Shown here: positions 17,680-27,227 of the stretch, piece after piece
How the letters are laid out: each line of letters begins with the position of its first letter
How positions within the stretch are numbered: position 1 is the first letter of the stretch
From: an uncultured Melioribacter sp.
Lineage (GTDB): Bacteria > Bacteroidota > Ignavibacteria > Kapaibacteriales > Kapaibacteriaceae
Direction of reading: 5' to 3'
Assembly (NCBI GenBank): GCA_964484755.1
Contig: CAZAGH010000004.1
Location: forward strand, 28,170 to 92,169
Length of the DNA stretch: 64,000 nt
Notes under the pieces: generated by a model
The model's database searches: none
What the model was told of the DNA's origin: nothing
Seen by the model: only the letters and a program-made list of their open reading frames with translations
Made by a program: the position numbers and the translations under genes

Positions 17680-18627
17680 ATGTCAGCACTAGGACGTCGT
17701 GAATTCGTCAAGACAACTCTACTGGCGAGCGGTCTGGTGATCACTTCTGCATCGTCGATATCTGCGGCATTGGCTGGCCCACAACCAGTGCTCGGCTCGG
17801 GTGCGTCGATTCTGCAGGACGCAGGGTCTGAGAATATCTGGGCATGTTGGGTGGGGCACTCGACGGTTTTGATCAAACTGGGCGAACGGTGGGTACTAAC
17901 AGATCCTGTCTTTGCGGATGTTGTAGGGCTGAACATCCTTGGTCTTCGGATTGGACCTCGCAGGATCCTACCGCCCGCATTAACACTCGAAGAACTTCCA
18001 CGTCCAGACATTGTATTGCTGTCGCACGCCCACATGGATCACATGGATATGTGGACACTTGAACGATTAACAACGATGTGGCCGAATCAGATTCACGTAC
18101 TCACAGCCACAAATACTGCTGATGTGATCAGCGATCTGGAATGGAGCTCGTGTAACGAGATAGACTGGGGTGAGCAAACCTGTGTTGCTGGAGTAACAAT
18201 TCGTGGACTCCAGGTACAACACAATGGATGGAGATTCCCCGGAGAGCGGTGTCGTAGCAATGGATACAAACGCACCGGGCGCAGCTACAACGGTTATGAG
18301 ATCATTTATGATGGTGCCCGCATCGTCTTTGGTGGTGATACCGCCTACACAAATGCCTTTCGAACGATCCAGCCAGATGTAGATCTGGCGATCATGCCGA
18401 TCGGTTCGTACGAAGGATACTCTGCCCTGCATTGCAGTCCGGAGGAGGCACTGGCAATGTCGGAGATGATGCGAGCCAGGGCGATCATGCCGATCCACCA
18501 CCTAACCTTCAAACAATCCCCTGAGCCGATACGCGAGCCCCTTGCCAGATTGTTGAAGGCTGCCGATACGAACAGATTGCATGTTGCGGCCCGTCTTCCA
18601 GGCAATACCTATCGCTACGCAACGTGA
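17680..18627 (+). CDS. Tat-exported MBL-fold metallo-hydrolase
   Basis: 315 aa. Twin-arginine signal 'MSALGRREFVKTTLLASGLVITSASSISAALA'. HxHxDH motif 'LLSHAHMDHMD'. Confidence 0.8.
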   Translation: MSALGRREFVKTTLLASGLVITSASSISAALAGPQPVLGSGASILQDAGSENIWACWVGHSTVLIKLGERWVLTDPVFADVVGLNILGLRIGPRRILPPALTLEELPRPDIVLLSHAHMDHMDMWTLERLTTMWPNQIHVLTATNTADVISDLEWSSCNEIDWGEQTCVAGVTIRGLQVQHNGWRFPGERCRSNGYKRTGRSYNGYEIIYDGARIVFGGDTAYTNAFRTIQPDVDLAIMPIGSYEGYSALHCSPEEALAMSEMMRARAIMPIHHLTFKQSPEPIREPLARLLKAADTNRLHVAARLPGNTYRYAT

Positions 18628-18662
18628 CCACGAATGCGCGGGCGTTGGTATCTTCATCGTAG

Positions 18663-19883
18663 ATGGAATCACTCTTTGATGATTTTTCGTCCCAAGCATC
18701 GAACGAATCACAGACGAATCAGTATCGTCCGCTTGCTGAACGTGTACGCCCAACATCGATTGATGATGTGGCCGGACAAGAGCACCTTCTAGGAGAAGGC
18801 GCACCGCTGCGGACATTTATTCAGCGGGGCGAACTCCCATCGATGATCTTGTGGGGTCCGCCCGGCACAGGTAAGACAACCCTAGCCCACATCCTAACAT
18901 CTGCCGTGGGCGCACACATTGAGCGCCTTAGTGCCGTTGATTCTGGTGTGAAGGAGCTACGCGATGTTCTTCGCAAGGCCGAGATACTCCGTTCAAAAGG
19001 TTCTCGTACGGTGGTATTCATCGATGAGATCCATCGGTTTACAACATCTCAGCAGGATGCACTCTTGCATGCCGTAGAGCGAGGATACATCACACTCATC
19101 GGCGCAACCACCGAAAACCCCTCGTTCAAGGTCAACAACGCGCTACTCTCCCGTTGTCAGGTATATCTGTTGAATCTGCTCGACGATGACGATTTGCGAC
19201 GAGTGATAGAGCGAGCAATCAACACGATTTCCACAAACCGTGGAGTAACGGTTATTGTCAACGATTGGCCGTCTCTTCTGCGCGTTGCCGCTGGTGATGC
19301 CCGCAAGGCACTCAATGTCTTGGAGACAATCACAATGTCGGCGGCGGATCAGCCCGATAACACTCTCTGCATCACAACAGATGCCATAGAACGTGCGATT
19401 CAAAAGCCCCTTGCCAGATACGATCGTGCTGGAGACTACCATTACGACACCATATCAGCTCTTATAAAGTCCATGAGAGGGGGCGATGCAAATGCTGCGT
19501 TGCTCTATTGCGCCGTCATGCTTGATGCCGGCGAAGACCCACTCTTCATAGCGCGACGACTTGTAATCTTCGCGAGTGAAGATATTGGTATCGCAGACGT
19601 AAACGCACTTCCACTTGCGGTGTCGGCGTATGAGGCACTGGAGCGCATTGGGATGCCCGAAGGACGTATCGTGATTGGGCATGTGGTCACGTACCTCACT
19701 CACGCGCCGAAGTCACGCGTCGTATACAACGCCATTAATGCCGCCTTGGCAACAGTCCGTGCCGAAACAACGATCGTTGTTCCGATGCACCTGCGCAACT
19801 ACCCTCCTACGAAGAATGATTCTGGGTATTCAGGATTTCTTCCAGATCGCTTGCGGGACGCTGACTTCTTCGACCATACGTAA
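18663..19883 (+). CDS. rarA: replication-associated recombination protein A (AAA+ ATPase RarA/MgsA)
   Basis: 406 aa. 'RPLAERVRPTSIDDVAGQEHLLG', Walker A 'GPPGTGKTTLA', Walker B 'VVFIDEIHRF', 'GATTENPSF', and the C-terminal MgsA domain 'DYHYDTISALIKSMRGGDANAALLY'. Confidence 0.93.
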   Translation: MESLFDDFSSQASNESQTNQYRPLAERVRPTSIDDVAGQEHLLGEGAPLRTFIQRGELPSMILWGPPGTGKTTLAHILTSAVGAHIERLSAVDSGVKELRDVLRKAEILRSKGSRTVVFIDEIHRFTTSQQDALLHAVERGYITLIGATTENPSFKVNNALLSRCQVYLLNLLDDDDLRRVIERAINTISTNRGVTVIVNDWPSLLRVAAGDARKALNVLETITMSAADQPDNTLCITTDAIERAIQKPLARYDRAGDYHYDTISALIKSMRGGDANAALLYCAVMLDAGEDPLFIARRLVIFASEDIGIADVNALPLAVSAYEALERIGMPEGRIVIGHVVTYLTHAPKSRVVYNAINAALATVRAETTIVVPMHLRNYPPTKNDSGYSGFLPDRLRDADFFDHT

Positions 19884-19895
19884 CACGCAATAACG

Positions 19896-21029
19896 TTAGT
19901 TGTTGTTCTCTGTTGCCTTTTGCTTTTCGTTTTCGAGGGCACGCTTCTTTGCAGCTTCTTTCTTTGCCCGCAACTTGTTGTAGTTGATCGACTCGCGCAA
20001 TGTTACCCCGTCCCGAATTATACCACGCTCGCGCAAGACACTATCGGCGGATATGTAACGCTTGATATTTCTTAGTGAGCCTCTACTGTCGTGCGGTACT
20101 TGGGAGATCGGAATGAGTGCCTCTTCAACCGACATGGGGTCGGTCGGGAGTTCGATAGACACATCTTGGTTGGACTCTAGCTCTAACCACGGTCCTCCGC
20201 GACGACGTGAGAAATCGAAGACATCAAGAACGATAACAGGTGTTCCGCTGAACGGGATTGGACGCTTCTTCACGGTGTCGTACTTGGCTTGTCGCACCCA
20301 CTTGAACAACCATTCTGCATCATGCATAAACTGACGGAAGCACGAATGGGAAACGGGTCTGCCAGGCATCTCAAATTGATGGAATGCGCTACCGGCATGC
20401 TGATGAATGTTCACCGTGTATGGAAGCTTCCAATCTTCGTTGAGCGACGAGATCCGAAGACGTTGTTTCCAATTCACAGCATAACGTCCAGGAAACGAGG
20501 GCTTTCGCTCTTCTCCAGAGTTTGTCGCAGCAAACCGCACCAGAACGCCATACTCGTAGCAGGCGTAGGATTGCCATTTAGGACTAACAACAACGATCTT
20601 CTTGATGGTATCTGCGCCCGGCCAGTATTGCGGGAATAGGGAATACGCTAGAATATCGGCGTGGTTGGTATCGGGCATCACCAACGTGTCGCCGACACGC
20701 ATAAACTGCAGATCCTTGCGGTTGAGTAGCGTGATGATCCGATACATTGTGAATGTTGAGTCGGTCTTTGCACACAGTGTCCGAAGACTGTCAAGTACGC
20801 GCAGTTCTGTGACAGCAACACGATGGTAGCCAATACGCGGAAAGCGTTTCATGATCGAGTCGATCCGGAGCTTTTTACGTTGCGCTAACTCTTGTTGCCT
20901 TGCAATACTGTCTTGTGACAACGACCCATCGCCCCCTTCAGCATTATTGCCGGAGCAGGCAACCAATGCCAAGCACATGCATACCAGTATTGCAGCGATC
21001 AACCAATGATGAACAGATCGAAACGACAT
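19896..21029 (-). CDS. lipoprotein with an L,D-transpeptidase (YkuD)-like catalytic block and a K/E-rich C-terminal tail
   Basis: ORF 19896..21179. The start is moved to ATG (rc 21027-21029), giving 'MSFRSVHHWLIAAILVCMCLALVAC|SG' (lipobox). 'IHQHAGSAFHQFEMPGRPVSHSCFRQ' resembles the YkuD His...S-H-G-C-h-R motif. Tail: 'KLRAKKEAAKKRALENEKQKATENNN'. Confidence 0.5.
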   Translation of the reverse strand: MSFRSVHHWLIAAILVCMCLALVACSGNNAEGGDGSLSQDSIARQQELAQRKKLRIDSIMKRFPRIGYHRVAVTELRVLDSLRTLCAKTDSTFTMYRIITLLNRKDLQFMRVGDTLVMPDTNHADILAYSLFPQYWPGADTIKKIVVVSPKWQSYACYEYGVLVRFAATNSGEERKPSFPGRYAVNWKQRLRISSLNEDWKLPYTVNIHQHAGSAFHQFEMPGRPVSHSCFRQFMHDAEWLFKWVRQAKYDTVKKRPIPFSGTPVIVLDVFDFSRRRGGPWLELESNQDVSIELPTDPMSVEEALIPISQVPHDSRGSLRNIKRYISADSVLRERGIIRDGVTLRESINYNKLRAKKEAAKKRALENEKQKATENNN

Positions 21030-21090
21030 ACCCTCACAACATGAAGTGGAATCTCGGTAGTTTCGTTCACACCCTACTACCACTCGAATT

Positions 21091-21903
21091 ATGGCCACGA
21101 ACCTACATAGACTTGTTCTCATAAGCACTCTCTGTGCCATCCTTTTCGGTTGCACGGAGAAGCCGCCATCAAACGACACTCCCCCAACATCCGATACACA
21201 GTCGCGTCCACCGGTTCAACAACTTACCTATTCGGTCATTCGACGTCTCCCCCACGACGCTGCCGCGTTTACACAGGGCTTAGAGATCTATCAGGGGGCT
21301 TTTTTGGAAAGCACGGGTCAGTATGGCTCGTCTACCGTCCGACGTGTCGATGTCACTACAGGCAAGGTTCTTCAGCGCACACCGATTGGTAGCAAGTACT
21401 TTGGTGAGGGTATAACGCAGCTAGATGGTAAGATCTATATGCTTACATGGCTGAATCAGGAGGGGTTGATCTTTGACGCCAAGACCCTGCGTCAGCAAGG
21501 TCGGTTTACCTATTCCGGAGAAGGTTGGGGTATAACCAATGATGGAATCAACCTCTATATGAGCAACGGCACGAGCGTTATCACGGTGCTCGATCCACGG
21601 ACGTGGACAGTTGTGCGGACCATTCCTGTTACGCTTGATGGTATGGCCGTATCGCAGCTCAATGAACTGGAGTGGATCAACGGTGAAATCTGGGCAAACG
21701 TGTGGCAGTCTGACAAAGTCGTAAAGATTTCGGCGCAGACAGGTTTTGTGACGGGTGTGCTTGATCTGACTGGGATATTGCCACCCAATGAGCGAACACC
21801 TTCTACCGATGTGCTAAACGGCCTTGCGTTTGACTCAACAACGAAAAAACTCTACGTAACAGGTAAGAATTGGCCGGCAATGTTTGCCCTTTCCGTGCAG
21901 TAA
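21091..21903 (+). CDS. glutaminyl-peptide cyclotransferase (beta-propeller, plant/bacterial type), lipoprotein
   Basis: 270 aa. Lipobox 'CAILFGC'. 'YSVIRRLPHDAAAFTQGLEIYQGAFLESTGQYGSSTVRRVDVTTGKV' and 'NELEWINGEIWANVW' match the Glu_cyclase_2-type family. Confidence 0.85.
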   Translation: MATNLHRLVLISTLCAILFGCTEKPPSNDTPPTSDTQSRPPVQQLTYSVIRRLPHDAAAFTQGLEIYQGAFLESTGQYGSSTVRRVDVTTGKVLQRTPIGSKYFGEGITQLDGKIYMLTWLNQEGLIFDAKTLRQQGRFTYSGEGWGITNDGINLYMSNGTSVITVLDPRTWTVVRTIPVTLDGMAVSQLNELEWINGEIWANVWQSDKVVKISAQTGFVTGVLDLTGILPPNERTPSTDVLNGLAFDSTTKKLYVTGKNWPAMFALSVQ

Positions 21904-22002
21904 CGTAGGGCCTGCTGTCACGTTTTACCCCGCAGAATACACAACAGCCACAGGGCGCTCTACTATGCGCCAATTGGCTTCTCTCATCTATGGAGGTTGT
22001 GT

Positions 22003-25000
22003 ATGCTACTGCGAGTTATCTGTGCACTTCTGCTCGCCCAAACCATGGCGATCGGACAGCAAGGGTGGACGGTTCAGTTTCCGTCCAATGGGCAGATCGG
22101 GATATCCCCCTCGGCACCAATTACTATCCACTCGTCGGTTCCTACCGATACGGCTGAGTGGAATCGGCAAGATGTTCCTTTCTTTGTTCTTCGCGACTCT
22201 ATAGCGCACGCCGTCGGACCCGAACGTAGGAAACAGTACCGCGTTGCGGGACAGTTTTCGTTCACAGACGAGTTCACATGTACCTGGACGCCACGCAGAC
22301 TTCTACCGAATACAGCATACCGCTGCATACTGGGCAATCAGGAATACGTGTATACAACAGCCCCAGACGTTCCCTCGGTCGTTAGCTGCAGCATGCCCTT
22401 TGGCGCAATGCGGTGTGATCAAACAATCTCGATTGTCATGACAAGCCCCCTTCCTCCGGGCTGTGTTCCAGATAGCGTGTTCATCGTTGAACAGCTACGT
22501 CAGGATGGATCGTGGGGCATTGCTCCCGAAGCGATTACCTTCGATGATCGCACGGCATATGTTACACCGATCGACCGATGGCAGCCGAATGCCCAATTGC
22601 GCCTACGCGTGCGATGCTCATGGTATGCAGGTGATGCTAGCCTAGACAGGACGTATGAATGCATGGTTCGAGGCGCAACAACGGTGGTTTGTAACGGACG
22701 CCTAACCTCGGGAGAACCCATCACAGATGAGTACGGCGCAGACCTGCATCGCAACAGCAGAGTCGGCACTTCCGGCGACACAATTCAACTGAATGTACCG
22801 CGCACGGTTGGTCCCAACCTCTATTTCTCACACTGGGAATCGCGAGACGTACCATCTATCAACGGCGACACAATGCCTGTGACACTGTTTCCGTTGTCGT
22901 GTGAGACAATGAATCGGTTCTGTGCCGTGACAGCGGTCTATCAGCGGCTTGATAGTGTACGCATTCGATGCACTGTCGACAGCGTTACAGGCCATGTGAT
23001 GCTCTACCGGATGTCGGGAGAACTTGTGCGCGAGATCACAGACAGCGCGATCGTCTCAGTTGCCCTGAATGATGGCCCCTTTATTTGCGTTGCCTCTTCA
23101 GCACAAACATCAATCTTGTCGGGTTGGGTGTATCAGGGCCAAAAGCTACAGACAGGTGCGATCGTGATTCCAACCAAACGCGCCGTCCCGATGAGCAATC
23201 TATCTGTAAACCCAAAGTTCCAGACACTTCAGCCCTCACTGCAGGATATCTACCGACTGCGGGGAAGTGTAACAGATGTCGATGCTGATCCTCTGTTCAA
23301 TGTTGCCGATGCGGTAAGGTTTACAACGCCCTATGAGTTCGAGTCATCCACGCCCGCAGCTCGCACGTTGTGTGTCACAGCCCAACGATGCTGGGAGATC
23401 ATTGGGTATCTGGATCATGCTGTTGGAGCACCGATATGGTTTGACAAGGGGCTTCAAGATTACTGCATCACGTCGGAGCTCTTGAAGCCTGAAAACCACG
23501 TCGTCTTTTTCGTCCGGCGTAAAGTGATCGACTTACGCGTTGAGTCTGTTTTGCTTGGATCTGAAGACCCTGCAGATGTTCTCAGAAATAGAGCACCGCA
23601 TCCAGAGACACGTATTGAGATCCAGCGCGAGCAGGATGTAGCTGGACAGCGAGAGTGGGTGTCGCTTGCATCAACAAACTGCATCATTGATGGTGTCTCC
23701 ACAACCCGATTTCAAGTTGCTTGTGGCGACAATCTGCGGATCGTTGTGCACCCTGCTACGCAGCGGGGTCAGCAGTGGCGATGGTGGAATGCACTGCCAG
23801 GGTACGTGGTTCCTGCTGGCAATGGCGGAACACAACCATCGCGATACACGCTGGTTGTGGATACTGACATTGCCGGTTTTGATGCCACAGATTGTGAGGG
23901 GGCGCAACTAGGCCACCGCGAGATACGCATCCAGGCAGCCTTCCGTCAGCAAATGGTAATCGAATCTATCGGACTGCGCGTGCGCGTCAATGCTCAAGGA
24001 GAACGGCAGCTTGCACGCTTCGAAGAACGCTGGTACGATCCGCTGACCTACTACGATTGTGATGCCGACGAACCCACGGACGGTAGGCACCTCGAATACA
24101 TAGCGCGACGTGGAACACCTATCCGTGTGCGCTTCTCTTTGCCACTTGATCCACTTTCTGTCTTTAACCGATCCGTCTCTGCCGAGAGCTTTGACAATAT
24201 CCTACTTACCGACCCCCATGCAGATGACCTAGATTTTCATGTGTATGCAGACACCAGCGGGAACACAAACCTTCTATCATCTACAGGACAGTTTTTGGAC
24301 GTTGTTGAGTTCTTTGTCTGCGAGCCCCATTCTCGTCCTCGCAAACAAGCCCTTCATACTGGTGCAATAGATCTTACTGTTCGATCATCAATTCAATCCT
24401 ACTCGGGAGATCCTTTACGCGCTACGCAGACCTTTGCGTTACGTCGAATGGAGATGCCGGGCTTTGGTATGAAGCTGAGATCTATGAAGCTGCACTCCGA
24501 CGGTGATTGGGACCTCTGGCCGTTCGTGAACCGCGGCGAGATCTATCAAGCCGCTTACGGAGGTAACCTTACTCCGAGACGTGCTCTCCTCACAGACCAC
24601 GGATTCACCCGTATGCCCTCGTGCGAAGAACAACAGGGATCATCGGGGGAATGTACCACGTTGCATGGCGACACAGATGGACCGCTCTCGTTTGGCGATC
24701 ACGCACTCTGGCTCCAAACATCGTGGATGGGGCTGGCGGATCTTTCCTGGGTGCGATTATCTACCTGGGATGAAGACTGCAAGGACGAGGACGACTGTCT
24801 CGTTAACCGTATGGGTGATGTCATAGACAGTCTTCGTGTGCGTGTAGCCAAGTATAACGTTCCAGTCGAGATGGCTGCGCTTGACTGGAAAGCCCTGATA
24901 CCTGATCTCATTAAAACAGGTGTCGACATCATCGATGCTCTTGTTGTCCCAGATGAACAGGATGACTTCCTGGCAGAGTGTACAGTACTCGAGGATAGTC

Positions 25001-25113
25001 AAACGCTTTGGGGTATGCGAAACCCGCAAGCCCCTTTCATGAACCGCTATCATGAAAATGCCGACTACGAGTTCCGTGGTCAGTGGTATACGGCCCGTGC
25101 GGCCGTTCGATAG
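22003..25113 (+). CDS. large exported Cys-rich protein of unknown function (Ig-like SbsA/Big_5-type segments possible)
   Basis: ORF 21997..25113. ATG at 22003 lies 6 nt after GGAGG (21992-21996). Signal peptide MLLRVICALLLA|Q. About 25 Cys in the mature chain. I recognise no catalytic motif and no T9SS tail. Confidence 0.7.
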   Translation: MLLRVICALLLAQTMAIGQQGWTVQFPSNGQIGISPSAPITIHSSVPTDTAEWNRQDVPFFVLRDSIAHAVGPERRKQYRVAGQFSFTDEFTCTWTPRRLLPNTAYRCILGNQEYVYTTAPDVPSVVSCSMPFGAMRCDQTISIVMTSPLPPGCVPDSVFIVEQLRQDGSWGIAPEAITFDDRTAYVTPIDRWQPNAQLRLRVRCSWYAGDASLDRTYECMVRGATTVVCNGRLTSGEPITDEYGADLHRNSRVGTSGDTIQLNVPRTVGPNLYFSHWESRDVPSINGDTMPVTLFPLSCETMNRFCAVTAVYQRLDSVRIRCTVDSVTGHVMLYRMSGELVREITDSAIVSVALNDGPFICVASSAQTSILSGWVYQGQKLQTGAIVIPTKRAVPMSNLSVNPKFQTLQPSLQDIYRLRGSVTDVDADPLFNVADAVRFTTPYEFESSTPAARTLCVTAQRCWEIIGYLDHAVGAPIWFDKGLQDYCITSELLKPENHVVFFVRRKVIDLRVESVLLGSEDPADVLRNRAPHPETRIEIQREQDVAGQREWVSLASTNCIIDGVSTTRFQVACGDNLRIVVHPATQRGQQWRWWNALPGYVVPAGNGGTQPSRYTLVVDTDIAGFDATDCEGAQLGHREIRIQAAFRQQMVIESIGLRVRVNAQGERQLARFEERWYDPLTYYDCDADEPTDGRHLEYIARRGTPIRVRFSLPLDPLSVFNRSVSAESFDNILLTDPHADDLDFHVYADTSGNTNLLSSTGQFLDVVEFFVCEPHSRPRKQALHTGAIDLTVRSSIQSYSGDPLRATQTFALRRMEMPGFGMKLRSMKLHSDGDWDLWPFVNRGEIYQAAYGGNLTPRRALLTDHGFTRMPSCEEQQGSSGECTTLHGDTDGPLSFGDHALWLQTSWMGLADLSWVRLSTWDEDCKDEDDCLVNRMGDVIDSLRVRVAKYNVPVEMAALDWKALIPDLIKTGVDIIDALVVPDEQDDFLAECTVLEDSQTLWGMRNPQAPFMNRYHENADYEFRGQWYTARAAVR

Positions 25114-25160
25114 AAGACACCTTCTCACACAACCAATACACCATTCAAAAGGAGCAGAAC

Positions 25161-25787
25161 ATGATCTACATCTTGATCCTCGCAGTTGCATTCACCACAC
25201 CGTTATTGGCAGGAGTATGGCCTGGTGGCGGAACATTGCCACGTCCGCTGCGTCAGGGCAGTGTTGTTGATATCTCGTGGGACAATACGTTACATGCAGA
25301 GCGGGTTGACATTGAGCTCTGGGATGGCGAGCGCCGACAATTCACGACCATCGCTTCCGGGCTACCAACGAGCGCGACACGCGTAGCATGGACGATACCC
25401 GCGACGGTGATTCCAGGAAGAATGTATCGCTTTGTTGTTCGTGACGCCGCCAAACGATCGCGCGCAGACTTCTCGACAGGGTTTCATGAAATCCACAAAG
25501 CGACGGGTTTTGTGACGACCGTTGAGGATCCTTTGAGTATGATAGATTCTTTGCTCGTGACCCCATTTCCCTCGCATGATCGCGCGCGTGTAGCATGGAC
25601 GAGCGCAGATGCTTCAACAATTGATGTTGTCGATCTGCAAGGCGTTGTGGTGATGCACATCAAGCCTGAGGTATCTACGAGAGCATGTGTCGTGAGCACC
25701 GGAAGTCTGCAAAGTGGACCCTACACGGTGGTTCTAACCCTTGCTAGCGGCAAGGTACATCGATCTCCACTTGTCGTTGCGCACTAA
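25161..25787 (+). CDS. small secreted protein with a Kre9/KNH-like domain and a T9SS C-terminal sorting domain
   Basis: ORF 25083..25787. ATG at 25161 is preceded by AAGGAG. Signal peptide MIYILILAVAFTTPLLA. 'VVDISWDNTLHAERVDIELWDG..RVAWTIPATVIPGRMYRFVVRD' is Kre9/KNH-like. Tail: 'LLVTPFPSHDRARVAW...IDVVDLQGVVV...GPYTVVLTLASGKVHRSPLVVAH'. Confidence 0.7.
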   Translation: MIYILILAVAFTTPLLAGVWPGGGTLPRPLRQGSVVDISWDNTLHAERVDIELWDGERRQFTTIASGLPTSATRVAWTIPATVIPGRMYRFVVRDAAKRSRADFSTGFHEIHKATGFVTTVEDPLSMIDSLLVTPFPSHDRARVAWTSADASTIDVVDLQGVVVMHIKPEVSTRACVVSTGSLQSGPYTVVLTLASGKVHRSPLVVAH

Positions 25788-25796
25788 ATGTAGCGT

Positions 25797-27176
25797 CTAG
25801 CCCAGCGTATAAACTGTGCCCATGCGCGGGATGATAATGCGCGCGTGCGGGAGTTGTTCGTGAAGTTCGAGAGCAAGACGTTCGCAGGCCTCGGTGTCCC
25901 CGTGTGTTATCACCACGGTTGACGGAGAAGTATCGACCGCCAACTCGATAAGATCTTCGCGCAGGGCATGTCCACTGAAGCGAAACCGTTCGATCTGACA
26001 CGTCCGAGAGACATTCTTGGCGCCGAAGACGAACGGTTTCCTCATTTCCGAGTGCATTAGTGCATAACCTGGGGTTGTCGGGTCTTGATACCCTACAAAG
26101 GCAATTCCGTAATTGGACAACCCCATCCACTGCAGAGCAAGTTGATGGGACATCGTACCTGTGTTCATCATCCCCGAGGGAGCAAGAACTATTGAGGGAT
26201 GTTTGAAGTAACCGCCTGTGTCGAGTTCGCTGCGGCGAAGGCGTTCCTGTGGGATGTCTGATACCTCGAATCCCGGACGTTTCATAGGGTCGCTGTAACA
26301 GTATTGGTCATAGATCTTATTGATCCGTACCCCCATGCCCCCTGTATAGATCGGCATGTGGGGAATACTCCCCCGCCTCATCAACCCATAGAGCAACGGG
26401 ATCATTTCCTGCAGCTTGCCGAGTGCGAAACATGGTATCAACACCGAGCCGTTGTTCTGAGAAATTCCATTGATGTACTTGGCAAGGCGTTTGGCCTCGT
26501 CGGGAAACGTTGGCGTGGTCTCAACAGCCGCATTCGTACACTCGGTGATCAAAACGTCTACATGAGACCGTGGCAGTTTGGCTTTCGGGAGCACCACCTG
26601 ATCGTCGAACTTTACGTCGGCAGTGTGCAGGATGCGAAATCCGTTGCATTCTATTCCAACGCTGGCTGAACCCAGAATATGACCAGACCAGTGGTAGGTC
26701 ATTGTCACGTTCGATCTGCCGGAGTACCCTCTGAAGGTAAGGGCCTCATCATAAGGCAACGCCTCGAAGGCGTACCGCAATTGTTCGACAACCTCTTTGT
26801 CGAAGAACTCTAACCATTGAGCAGGAAACGTGCGTCCAATCTCCGTACGAAGCAGTTTGGCCCCGTTATGCATCACCACATGACTGATATCACGTGTTGC
26901 CGGGGTCATGATAGGCCGCAGATAGGGCAGACGACGCATCACATACGGCAGAGCACCAATATGGTCTGTATGAGCATGGGTTATGGCAAGTACATCGGCT
27001 GGGTAGTTTTCCAGTAAGTCTATGTTAGGAAAAGCATTTATGCTGCGGTCGCGCGGGTGCAATCCGGCATCGATCAAGATGCCTGTACCATCGAGCTCGA
27101 GATAGCAACAATTGGCTCCGATCTCTTCGGCGCCCCCTAGTATGATACAGTTTGCTTGCACGCACAAACCTAACAC
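25797..27176 (-). CDS. MBL-fold / beta-CASP ribonuclease-like hydrolase
   Basis: ORF 25797..27233. '[13 protein letters not shown]' (HxHxDH). Beta-CASP/RNA-specificity C-terminus '[21 protein letters not shown]'. GTG at 27176 lies 8 nt after GGAGG and avoids overlapping the divergent IcmF gene. The start is uncertain. Confidence 0.8.
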   Translation of the reverse strand: MLGLCVQANCIILGGAEEIGANCCYLELDGTGILIDAGLHPRDRSINAFPNIDLLENYPADVLAITHAHTDHIGALPYVMRRLPYLRPIMTPATRDISHVVMHNGAKLLRTEIGRTFPAQWLEFFDKEVVEQLRYAFEALPYDEALTFRGYSGRSNVTMTYHWSGHILGSASVGIECNGFRILHTADVKFDDQVVLPKAKLPRSHVDVLITECTNAAVETTPTFPDEAKRLAKYINGISQNNGSVLIPCFALGKLQEMIPLLYGLMRRGSIPHMPIYTGGMGVRINKIYDQYCYSDPMKRPGFEVSDIPQERLRRSELDTGGYFKHPSIVLAPSGMMNTGTMSHQLALQWMGLSNYGIAFVGYQDPTTPGYALMHSEMRKPFVFGAKNVSRTCQIERFRFSGHALREDLIELAVDTSPSTVVITHGDTEACERLALELHEQLPHARIIIPRMGTVYTLG

Positions 27177-27227
27177 GCGCCGAACCTCCGTAGTTTTGCC
27201 CGGTTGTCCACACCTCAGGTTACATTG

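Noticed and set aside
24757-25191. A 144-aa minus-strand ORF spanning the junction of genes 22003-25113 and 25161-25787.
   Set aside because: It is antisense to two SD-led, signal-peptide-bearing genes. It has no motif and an Arg/Cys-rich composition.
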